Shown here: positions 35,990-43,502 of the stretch, in pieces | Position numbering within the stretch: the first letter of the stretch is position 1 | How the letters are laid out: every line of letters starts with the position of its first letter | NCBI GenBank assembly: GCA_964627275.1 | Contig: CAZVHT010000036.1 | Location: 1-43,675 of the forward strand | Origin: an uncultured Candidatus Saccharibacteria bacterium | GTDB taxonomy: Bacteria; Patescibacteriota; Minisyncoccia; Phycocordibacterales; UBA6065 | Reading direction: 5' to 3' | Length of the DNA: 43,675 nt | The notes under the pieces: model-generated | Seen by the model: only the letters and a program-made list of their open reading frames with translations | What the model was told of the DNA's origin: nothing | Database searches by the model: none | Program-made: the position numbers and the translations under genes

Positions 35990-37372
35990 ATGCAACGTAT
36001 TGGAGACCACATTCGCGTTCCTCCGCAGTCACTTGAAGCCGAACAGGCCCTGCTCGGTTCCGTCATGCTTCGTCCGGAGGCTATTCATGATGTAAACGAC
36101 GTCGCGCGCGAGGATGATTTTTATGCCGATAAACATCGATTGATCTGGCGCGCCTGTCTGGAACTGGTTTCAAAAGCTGAACCGATAGACTTGCTTTCTC
36201 TCTCAACAAAACTCAAAGACCGAGGCGAGCTCGATCGTGTCGGAGGCTCATCATATCTCTCCGAACTCGTCTCTCTGGTACCTTCGGCTTCAAACGTGCG
36301 TCACTACGCGACCATCGTTCAGAAAAAGAGCATGATGCGCCGACTGATAGAAGCCGGAGAACATATTGCAACTATGAGTTTCTCTGAAGAAGGCGATTTG
36401 GAAGAAATCATAGACAATGCGGAGAAACGTCTCTTTGATGTTACCAACTCTGTCGGTACTCATAAATTTGTCGAGCTCAAAGACACTCTCCATGAAGCCT
36501 GGGAACAGATAGAAAAACTGCATTCTTCACAGGACGAATTGCGTGGTGTGCCGACCGGTTTCAAAGCGCTCGACAACAAACTGTCGGGTCTGCAGAAATC
36601 AGACCTCATTATTTTGGCGGCCAGGCCCTCCATGGGTAAGACGTCTCTGGCTCTGGATATAGCCCGTCAAGCGGCAGTCAAACATAAAATTCCCACAGCC
36701 ATATTTTCTCTGGAAATGAGCGCTCAACAATTGGTCCAGAGGATGCTCGCCGCCGAGTCCAGGATTGATGCTTGGAAACTGCGTACGGGCAAAGGCCTGA
36801 AAATGGAGGAACTCTCCACCCACTTGCGCGACGCCATGGGCGTGCTCTCCCAAGCTCCCATATATGTGGATGATCAGCCCGGAAATACAATTTTGAAAAT
36901 GAGAGCCGTCGCGCGTCGCCTGAAAGCGGAAAAAAATCTCGGCCTCATCATCGTGGATTATCTCCAACTGATGACGCCGGCCCAATCGCGCGGTTCCGAT
37001 AATTTGGTTCAACAGATAACCGAAATTTCCCGATCACTCAAAAATCTGGCGCGCGATCTGGACGTGCCAGTGCTCGCCTTGTCTCAACTGTCTCGTGCCG
37101 TTGAAAACCGCGGTGGCAAACCCCGTCTCTCCGACTTGCGCGATTCCGGTTCCATAGAACAAGATGCCGATGTCGTTATGTTTATTCACAGAGAAAAAGA
37201 CGAGAGTGGTGAACAAGCCAAATCACGCGATACGACTATCCTCATAGAAAAGCACAGAAACGGTCCGACGGGAGAAGTAAAGCTGATATTCGATAGCAGT
37301 AAGTCCACTTTCTTGCCTGTGGAAAAGGCCGATTTCGGCGAGTTTTTGGGGGCTGGTGATGAATCATTTTAA
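35990..37372 (+). CDS. dnaB: replicative DNA helicase
   Basis: PPQSLEAEQALLGSV and Walker A AARPSMGKTS, plus the RecA-like C-terminal domain. The start is placed at MQRIGDH. Confidence 0.93.
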   Translation: MQRIGDHIRVPPQSLEAEQALLGSVMLRPEAIHDVNDVAREDDFYADKHRLIWRACLELVSKAEPIDLLSLSTKLKDRGELDRVGGSSYLSELVSLVPSASNVRHYATIVQKKSMMRRLIEAGEHIATMSFSEEGDLEEIIDNAEKRLFDVTNSVGTHKFVELKDTLHEAWEQIEKLHSSQDELRGVPTGFKALDNKLSGLQKSDLIILAARPSMGKTSLALDIARQAAVKHKIPTAIFSLEMSAQQLVQRMLAAESRIDAWKLRTGKGLKMEELSTHLRDAMGVLSQAPIYVDDQPGNTILKMRAVARRLKAEKNLGLIIVDYLQLMTPAQSRGSDNLVQQITEISRSLKNLARDLDVPVLALSQLSRAVENRGGKPRLSDLRDSGSIEQDADVVMFIHREKDESGEQAKSRDTTILIEKHRNGPTGEVKLIFDSSKSTFLPVEKADFGEFLGAGDESF

Positions 37373-37375
37373 AAA

Positions 37376-37488
37376 AGCGGAGAAATATGGTTTTGGTGGA
37401 GTACGGAAGTTTTTTCTGCTGAAAAAACTTCCTCGTTTCCGGCGTCGTCACGCCTCCAAAGCCTCCACCAAAACCATATTTCTCCGCT
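37376..37488. repeat. nested palindromic intergenic element E3 (family 1)
   Basis: A 26-bp perfect outer stem, AGCGGAGAAATATGGTTTTGGTGGAG (37376-37401) with its exact complement (37463-37488). The core is GGAGTACG plus a 12-bp inner hairpin with a TGCT loop (37405-37432). Confidence 0.85.
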
Positions 37489-37489
37489 C

Positions 37490-37498
37490 TGATATAAT
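37490..37498 (+). promoter_or_regulatory. extended -10 box (TGATATAAT), 6 nt upstream of the recR ATG
   Basis: TGA-TATAAT-AAAAAG-ATG (ATG at 37505). Confidence 0.45.
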
Positions 37499-37504
37499 AA
37501 AAAG

Positions 37505-38137
37505 ATGGATCATTTGAATCGTTTGCACGAACTATTCCGGCAATTTCCCGGCATAGGGCCCAGGCAGGCCAAACGTTTTGTTTATTTTCTACTGGGCACG
37601 ACCGACGGCTTTCGCAATACTCTGGTCAAAGAGATTGGAGAATTAGCTTCACGGGTCACTGTGTGCTCATACTGTTTCAGGTTTTTTGACAGTAAAAATT
37701 CCAGCGCAAAACTCTGTTCCGTATGTTCCGATGACTCGCGAGACTCATTATCACTCATGCTCGTGGCAAAAGATGTAGACCTAGATGCCGTAGAAAAGAG
37801 CAAGGTATACGATGGGTATTATTTCATCCTCGGCAATCAGTTGTCTCTCATAGAACCGGAGCCTGAATCAAAAATCAGGACAAGAGAGCTCAAACAAACG
37901 ATCGAACGCCGAGTGAAAAGCGGATTAAAAGAAATTATTTTGGCCCTTTCCCTCAATAGTGAAGGAGAACATACGCGAGAGTTTGTGGAGGGTATCATAT
38001 CTCCCCTCGTCAAAAAACATTCATTGAAAGTATCCATTCTCGGCCGCGGACTTTCCACAGGCACGGAGCTGGAATATTCGGACACCGAGACCATCAAAAA
38101 CGCTCTGGCGGGCAGAAAAGAAGAAGTGGTTATGTAA
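37505..38137 (+). CDS. recR: recombination protein RecR
   Basis: FPGIGPRQAKRFVYFLL (HhH), a C4 zinc finger (CSYCFRF...CSVCSD) and a Toprim-like C-terminal half. Confidence 0.9.
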   Translation: MDHLNRLHELFRQFPGIGPRQAKRFVYFLLGTTDGFRNTLVKEIGELASRVTVCSYCFRFFDSKNSSAKLCSVCSDDSRDSLSLMLVAKDVDLDAVEKSKVYDGYYFILGNQLSLIEPEPESKIRTRELKQTIERRVKSGLKEIILALSLNSEGEHTREFVEGIISPLVKKHSLKVSILGRGLSTGTELEYSDTETIKNALAGRKEEVVM

Positions 38138-38290
38138 AAAAACCGGCAAAAATAGCATTCGAGAAAACGCTTCGCCCTCTCCTGCGAAGAGCTCGCTCCG
38201 TCCTCGGCGCTCGGACGTCAAGGACAGACCTTGACGTCTCCTAGCCTCGTGCCTGCGGAGTTTCTCGAATGCTATTTTTGCCGGTTTTTT
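38137..38290. repeat. nested palindromic element E5, likely bidirectional terminator
   Basis: A 30-bp perfect outer stem, AAAAAACCGGCAAAAATAGCATTCGAGAAA (38137-38166) with its exact complement (38261-38290). The GC-rich interior includes a 10-bp hairpin, GACGTCAAGG/CCTTGACGTC. The element exactly fills the gap between the two convergent stop codons. Confidence 0.85.
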
Positions 38291-39289
38291 CTACTCCTTC
38301 CTCTTCAAAACTTTCAAAACGGCGGCTTTTATGTGGGAAATACCCATGCCGTAGTGTTCCAGGAGTTCTTCTGGCCTGCCCGATTGGCCGAATTTGTCGC
38401 GGATGCCTATAAATTCTATGGGAACGGGCAGTTTTGCGGCCAGTAATTCGGCGACCGCGCCACCCATGCCACCGGCGATCTGGTGCTCTTCTACTGTGAC
38501 GATTGCGCCGGCTGATTTTGCAACTCGCAGTATTGTTTCTTCATCCAGAGGTTTTATGGTAGATAAATTGACGACAATGACGCCGATTTTTTCTTTTTCT
38601 AATTCTTTTGCTGCGAGCAGAGCTCGATAAACCAGAGCGCCAGTGGCTATGATGGCGACATCCGGCTTGCCTGTAATCGGTTCGAAATACACCCGCGCTA
38701 CGCCTATTTCAAAAGGCGTTTTTTCTGTCGTTATGACAGGGGTTTTTTCGCGAATCAGGCGTATATATGTCGGTGCCTTAGTCTGTGCAGCTGCTTCGGT
38801 TGCCTTTCTGGCTTCTATGGAATCGCAAGGAGAAATGACCGTCATATTCGGCAAAACGCGCATGAGGGCGATATCTTCTAAAGCTTGGTGGGTACCGCCG
38901 TCAGGTCCCACGGAAACTCCGGCATGAGAGCCTATAATTTTTACAGGCACGTCGTTGTAGGCGATTGTCGTTCTGATCTGTTCCCAATTTCGGCCAGGCG
39001 AAAACATAGCATAAGAAGATACAAAAGGAATTTTGCCCATAGAGGCCATGCCCGAAGCGACAGTTACGAGATTTTGTTCGGCCACGCCGATTTCAATGAA
39101 TCTCCTCGGAAATTTTTCTCTAAAAAGATGCATCTGGGTAGACTCCGTCAGATCGGCGCAGAGACCCACTACCCTATCGTCAGCCTCCCCTGCCGCCAAT
39201 AGTCCCTCGCCAAATCCTCTGCGGATCGGTATTTGTTTGACATCGCGGTCAAATATTTTCGGATTCAGTTTTTGAGAGAGAGAAATCAT
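38291..39289 (-). CDS. tkt: transketolase, C-terminal (pyrimidine-binding plus C-terminal domain) subunit
   Basis: GFGEGLL...FIEIGVAEQNLVTVASGMA...GPDGGTHQALEDIALMR. Confidence 0.88.
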   Translation of the reverse strand: MISLSQKLNPKIFDRDVKQIPIRRGFGEGLLAAGEADDRVVGLCADLTESTQMHLFREKFPRRFIEIGVAEQNLVTVASGMASMGKIPFVSSYAMFSPGRNWEQIRTTIAYNDVPVKIIGSHAGVSVGPDGGTHQALEDIALMRVLPNMTVISPCDSIEARKATEAAAQTKAPTYIRLIREKTPVITTEKTPFEIGVARVYFEPITGKPDVAIIATGALVYRALLAAKELEKEKIGVIVVNLSTIKPLDEETILRVAKSAGAIVTVEEHQIAGGMGGAVAELLAAKLPVPIEFIGIRDKFGQSGRPEELLEHYGMGISHIKAAVLKVLKRKE

Positions 39290-39301
39290 AAAAATATATT
39301 T

Positions 39302-40168
39302 TTATTCATGCTCGCTTCTTATTTTACCTCCCAATGTGCGAAGTTCCTTTAAAGCCATTTCCGCTTCTTCCCTATTCGGTGCTTTGCCGTGCCATTCGTA
39401 TTTGCGCTCGAATTCGGCGACCCCTTTACCTGGAATTGTGTGGGCAATAATAACCGTCGGTTTTTCAAAAATAGTTTTGGCTTCATCGAATGCCAGAGCG
39501 ATTTCGGCTATGGAATTCCCGTCTGTTTCTATGACGTGCCAGTTAAAAGTAATGTATTTATTGGCTAGAGGCTCTAGAGGCATGATGTCTTCTGTATATC
39601 CGTCTATTTGAATGTTATTTCTGTCAACCACCGAAACGAGATTATTTAATTTTTCTTTGCCGGCCAGCATTATGGCCTCCCATGTATTGCCCTCGTCATG
39701 CTCGCCGTCCGAAATGAGGCAATATATACGCCTTTGGGTTGATTTGCCGTTATCCATTCTATCCGCCAGAGCCATACCCACAGCCTGAGAAAGTCCACAA
39801 CCTAGAGGCCCTGATGAAGTTTCCAGCATGGGCAAATATTCTCTGTGAGGATGGCCTTGGAGCCGCGTGCCGAATTTGCGCAGAGTTTTCAATTCGCTCA
39901 CTGGAAAATATCCGGCATGAGCCATAGTGGCGTATAACACCGGAGCTATATGGCCGTTTGAGAGCACTAGTCTGTCGCGTTCTGGCCAGTCTGGCTTCTT
40001 CGGATTATGTTTTAGAGTGTGAAAATAGAGAGTCGTAAAGACATCAGCCATGCCGAGAGGTCCAGCTGTATGGCCAGAACCGGCTTCCACGAGCATTTCT
40101 ATAATCGACTGGCGGATGTTATTCGCTTTTATTTCCAATTCTTTTATTTTGGATTGGGTGATTATCAT
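39302..40168 (-). CDS. tkt: transketolase, N-terminal (TPP-binding) subunit
   Basis: AGSGHTAGPLGMADV...SNGHIAP...GPLGCGLSQAVGMA...SDGEHDEGNTWEA. Confidence 0.88.
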   Translation of the reverse strand: MIITQSKIKELEIKANNIRQSIIEMLVEAGSGHTAGPLGMADVFTTLYFHTLKHNPKKPDWPERDRLVLSNGHIAPVLYATMAHAGYFPVSELKTLRKFGTRLQGHPHREYLPMLETSSGPLGCGLSQAVGMALADRMDNGKSTQRRIYCLISDGEHDEGNTWEAIMLAGKEKLNNLVSVVDRNNIQIDGYTEDIMPLEPLANKYITFNWHVIETDGNSIAEIALAFDEAKTIFEKPTVIIAHTIPGKGVAEFERKYEWHGKAPNREEAEMALKELRTLGGKIRSEHE

Positions 40169-40587
40169 TATGCTCCTAGAAATTCTCTTCTCGTCACAAA
40201 TCTCTCGTCCAGCCTGTCGATTTTTTCGCTGATTATTCGGATAATTCTATTTTCCATACCACCCATCTTATTTTCAACTCCCACCACTTTCTCTTCAACC
40301 CCAATGATTCTTTTTTCAAGCATATTTACACCATCAACGACTTGGTTGACAGTATTTCGAGTATCAATCAAAAGAACTTGTGTTTCTGTTGTTCTAGCAT
40401 CAACCTTGGCTATGGCGTTCGTCATTTTTCTCTCTGATAGTCCGACTGCTTCGGCCATATTGTCCATTATCCTGTCTTCTGTCGTGGCAAGCATACTCAA
40501 GATTTTTGTTTCAGATTTTTTTACAATATCATTCACAACCGATTTCAGAACAGGAATAGTCACATAATTTTCTTTTTTCTTTTTCAT
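40168..40587 (-). CDS. hypothetical coiled-coil protein
   Basis: ORF in an operon with tkt. The stop overlaps the tkt start. It carries an internal repetitive E-x-[RK]-[IVM] pattern (VEEKVVGVENKMGGMENRI). Confidence 0.5.
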   Translation of the reverse strand: MKKKKENYVTIPVLKSVVNDIVKKSETKILSMLATTEDRIMDNMAEAVGLSERKMTNAIAKVDARTTETQVLLIDTRNTVNQVVDGVNMLEKRIIGVEEKVVGVENKMGGMENRIIRIISEKIDRLDERFVTRREFLGA

Positions 40588-40611
40588 GTTGTAGAGGAAT
40601 TTAATAGTAAT

Positions 40612-41328
40612 TCAAGAGACAGAACCAAGTTTCTCCAGTGTACCAGAAAAATCAGTCGCATTGAATAGATACGAGCCGACGACGAGCTCGTCTGCGCCGG
40701 CTTTTATGAGCAGTTTTGCCGTATCGATATTTACGCCGCCATCGACTGTCACAGAGAGAGACGGATAGAGAACTTTCAGAGAGCGGACGAGATCGAGAGA
40801 GCGTGGGTCGAATTTTTGTCCCTGAAAGCCGATTTGCGTTATGCCCATGACCTGGACGAAATGGATATCCGAAGCGATCAAATGAATAGAATCAGTAGAA
40901 TCAGATGGCTGTAGAGCGATACCGAGCTCGACGTCAAGAGGTCCGAGATCGTTTCTATGTTTTCCGTACTCTAGGACGATCTTTGCGAGCTCTGTTTCAT
41001 CAACGCTTGCTCTATGAACGATAATTTTTCCAGCACCGGCGGAAATAAAATCAGCAATTTTTTCATACGGATTTTTGACCATCAGATCAAATTCAAAATC
41101 AATTTCTTCCCAATGAGGCAGAGCTTTTTTTTGGGTCACTAGATCCTCAAAAATCTGATCATTTGTTTCTTTACCCGCTCTTTTTAGATATGGCCATGTG
41201 CGATTTGGTGCATAAACTCCATCACAGATGTCTATTTGCACGGATTTGGAGTGACCTGAAATCATGTCGAGCTTTTCCACGAGCTCGTCGTACGATTTTG
41301 GAAGTATAGCTGGAACGATTTCTGCCAT
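40612..41328 (-). CDS. ribulose-phosphate 3-epimerase-like (ribulose-phosphate-binding barrel) protein
   Basis: VPAILPKSYDEL...VQIDICDGVY...DLMV...QVMGI...VDGGVN follows the Rpe-family motif order. It sits in a pentose-phosphate operon context. Confidence 0.6.
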   Translation of the reverse strand: MAEIVPAILPKSYDELVEKLDMISGHSKSVQIDICDGVYAPNRTWPYLKRAGKETNDQIFEDLVTQKKALPHWEEIDFEFDLMVKNPYEKIADFISAGAGKIIVHRASVDETELAKIVLEYGKHRNDLGPLDVELGIALQPSDSTDSIHLIASDIHFVQVMGITQIGFQGQKFDPRSLDLVRSLKVLYPSLSVTVDGGVNIDTAKLLIKAGADELVVGSYLFNATDFSGTLEKLGSVS

Positions 41329-41361
41329 GATTTTGAAGTTATTAAATTAGAGTTACTCTAG

Positions 41362-41817
41362 TTATTTATGCGCGATATTGAAAAGCTTTTGAAGTCGGCG
41401 TTTATGCCTCTCATCTCCTGAAAAAGCTGTGGCGAGCCACAACGTCACAGCGCTCATAGCTTCTATTGGAGACATAAATCGCGCGCCGAGGGATAGCACA
41501 TTGGCATCATTGTGTTCTCGCGACAATTTTATGATGTCTTGGTTACCACCGTAATAGACCGCCGCCCGGACGCCGTAGAATTTATTGGCGCACATAGCTT
41601 CCCCCTCACCCGATGCGCCTATGACTATGCCTTTGGCGTTGCTCGGCTCGCGAGAAATTTCTTTTGCCGTAAGGGAAATAAAATCTGGATAGTCGTCTTC
41701 GGGATTGAACTGTTTTGGTCCCAAATCGCGCACATCGTGGCCGGCCAAGGACAGTCTCTCCGCGAGAAATTTCTTCAGTTCAAATCCGGCATGGTCGCTT
41801 GAGATAAAAATACGCAT
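41362..41817 (-). CDS. rpiB: ribose-5-phosphate isomerase B
   Basis: MRIFISSDHAGFELKKFL...GIVIGASGEGEAMCANK is typical of the RpiB/LacAB family. Confidence 0.88.
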   Translation of the reverse strand: MRIFISSDHAGFELKKFLAERLSLAGHDVRDLGPKQFNPEDDYPDFISLTAKEISREPSNAKGIVIGASGEGEAMCANKFYGVRAAVYYGGNQDIIKLSREHNDANVLSLGARFMSPIEAMSAVTLWLATAFSGDERHKRRLQKLFNIAHK

Positions 41818-41820
41818 AAA

Positions 41821-42858
41821 TCAAATATATTTCGCAGTTTTCATAACATGGTCTACGAGGGTGTATGTATACCCCATTTCATTGTCATACCACGCCAAAA
41901 CTTTGACCAAATTGCCGTCCACCACGCGGGTGAATTTGAGATCGGCGATGGAGCCGTGGGTATTGCCGAGAATATCCGAAGAAACCAGTTCTTCTTCGGT
42001 TACGGCAAAAATGTTTTTCCAGCGAGACGTGCCGGAGGCTTTTTTGAGAGCGATGTTTATTTCATCTACTGTAGTATTTCTCTTTGCGATAAAAGTGATA
42101 TCAACAATAGATCCGGCGACGACAGGAACACGGATAGATATACCATCAAATTTATTTTCGAGTTGGGTGAGCGCTTTTGTGGTGGCGATAGCCGCACCAG
42201 TAGATGATGGCACGATGTTTTGGGCCGCGGCCCTGCCCTCCCTCCAGTCTTTTTTATTTGGCCCATCAACGATTCCCTGACTGGCCGTGTATCCATGGAC
42301 AGTATTCAAAACCGCTTTTTCAATTCCTATGGCTTCATCCAGAATTGCCAGAATTGGTGATCCGGCATTTGTGGTGCATGAAGCGTTTGAGGTGATTTCG
42401 CATGTTTTTAGTTTATCCTCATTTATACCCATGAGAACAGTTTCGCCCGGAGTGGAGGAATCACCCTTTGCCGGAGCGGTGATGACGACTCTCTTTGCGC
42501 CGACATCCAGATGAACTTTGGCTTTGTCATACGAAGTGAAAAGTCCAGTTGATTCGACAACGACATCTATATTTAATTTTTTCCATGGAAGCTCTCTCGG
42601 TTCTCTCTCACTCAAATAAAAAATCTTTTTGCCATCTACGAGGAAATATGAATCACTGCCTTCTACGACTGTCACATCAAAAGAAAAAGTTTTATAGACA
42701 GTGTCGTATTTTAGGAGGTACGCCATGTTTTTTATGTCGCCCAGATCGTTTATTGCCACAATTTCAATTTCCTCGTGTTCGCGGGCTACTTTGAAAAAAG
42801 CTCTGCCAATTCTGCCGAATCCATTTATAGCCACTCTAATTTTTCTTTTTGAGAACAT
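41821..42858 (-). CDS. gap: glyceraldehyde-3-phosphate dehydrogenase
   Basis: RVAINGFGRIGR, SNASCTTN and WYDNEMGY. Confidence 0.95.
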   Translation of the reverse strand: MFSKRKIRVAINGFGRIGRAFFKVAREHEEIEIVAINDLGDIKNMAYLLKYDTVYKTFSFDVTVVEGSDSYFLVDGKKIFYLSEREPRELPWKKLNIDVVVESTGLFTSYDKAKVHLDVGAKRVVITAPAKGDSSTPGETVLMGINEDKLKTCEITSNASCTTNAGSPILAILDEAIGIEKAVLNTVHGYTASQGIVDGPNKKDWREGRAAAQNIVPSSTGAAIATTKALTQLENKFDGISIRVPVVAGSIVDITFIAKRNTTVDEINIALKKASGTSRWKNIFAVTEEELVSSDILGNTHGSIADLKFTRVVDGNLVKVLAWYDNEMGYTYTLVDHVMKTAKYI

Positions 42859-42879
42859 ATTTATGAAGTTATGTTATGA

Positions 42880-42888
42880 ATTATAACA
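42880..42888 (-). promoter_or_regulatory. candidate extended -10 box (TGTTATAAT on the minus strand) for the gap operon
   Basis: The reverse complement of ATTATAACA lies about 21 nt upstream of the gap ATG and abuts element E4. Confidence 0.4.
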
Positions 42889-43029
42889 GAAAGCGAAATA
42901 CATGTTTTGGTGGAGCACGCCGTCCCCGCCTGCTGGCGGGGCGTCTCGTTCTCGGACGCCTCTTGAGAATCTGTCCCCGACAGATTCTCACCTCCGAAGG
43001 TCTCCACCAAAACATGTATTTCGCTTTCT
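42888..43029. repeat. nested palindromic intergenic element E4 (family 1, largest copy)
   Basis: A 28-bp perfect outer stem, AGAAAGCGAAATACATGTTTTGGTGGAG (42888-42915) with its exact complement (43002-43029). The core is GGAGCACG, a CCCCGCC-TGCT-GGCGGGG hairpin and an extra 11-bp hairpin, GAGAATCTGTC/GACAGATTCTC (42965-42989). Confidence 0.85.
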
Positions 43030-43121
43030 TGTCCCCAATTCATACACAGTTTATCAACATTATTAAACCTTGATAGACATTTTTAAAGGCGTATAATTAG
43101 CAACTATATAAATCAAGCTTT

Positions 43122-43370
43122 ATGGCAGTCTCATTCATGACAATAAAAGACACGGCAACCTATCTGGGAGTCTCTCCTCTCACTCTGCGCAATTGGGATA
43201 GGCAGGGAAAGCTCCCCGCCACCCGTCACCCAATGTCAAATTATCGAATTTACAAAACAGAAGACATAGAAAAATTACTCAGAGACATAGAATCCGGAAC
43301 CATGCCAACTAAAGCAAAACCACGCAAAGTTTTGAAACGGAAACTCACCGTAAAAAGCGTTACGGATTAA
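43122..43370 (+). CDS. MerR/excisionase-type helix-turn-helix DNA-binding protein
   Basis: MTIKDTATYLGVSPLTLRNWDRQGKLPATRHP.NYRIY is a typical MerR-family N-terminal HTH. Confidence 0.7.
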   Translation: MAVSFMTIKDTATYLGVSPLTLRNWDRQGKLPATRHPMSNYRIYKTEDIEKLLRDIESGTMPTKAKPRKVLKRKLTVKSVTD

Positions 43371-43405
43371 AGCTATCTCGGCTATCTCGGGTATACGAGA
43401 ATATA

Positions 43406-43501
43406 AAAAAACAGCAGATACAAAGTACGAGTCGGATGGGTACGGGTCTGTCCCGAGGGCTCCCGTTCCGAGACACGAGGACTTTGTATCTGCTGTTTTT
43501 T
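43406..43501. repeat. nested palindromic element E7 (family 2), likely bidirectional terminator
   Basis: AAAAAACAGCAGATACAAAGT (43406-43426) pairs with ACTTTGTATCTGCTGTTTTTT (43481-43501). The interior begins GTACGAGTCG, as in E6. Confidence 0.85.
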
Positions 43502-43502
43502 A

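Noticed and set aside
38231-38446. A 71-aa plus-strand ORF starting inside element E5.
   Set aside because: It begins in the palindrome interior and runs antisense to the well-supported transketolase C-terminal subunit.
40019-42280. Long antisense ORFs: 40019..40567 (+, 182 aa), 41705..42280 (+, 191 aa) and 41848..42207 (+).
   Set aside because: They lie opposite strongly supported minus-strand genes (coiled-coil ORF and tkt, gap and rpiB). Their translations are low-complexity with no motifs.
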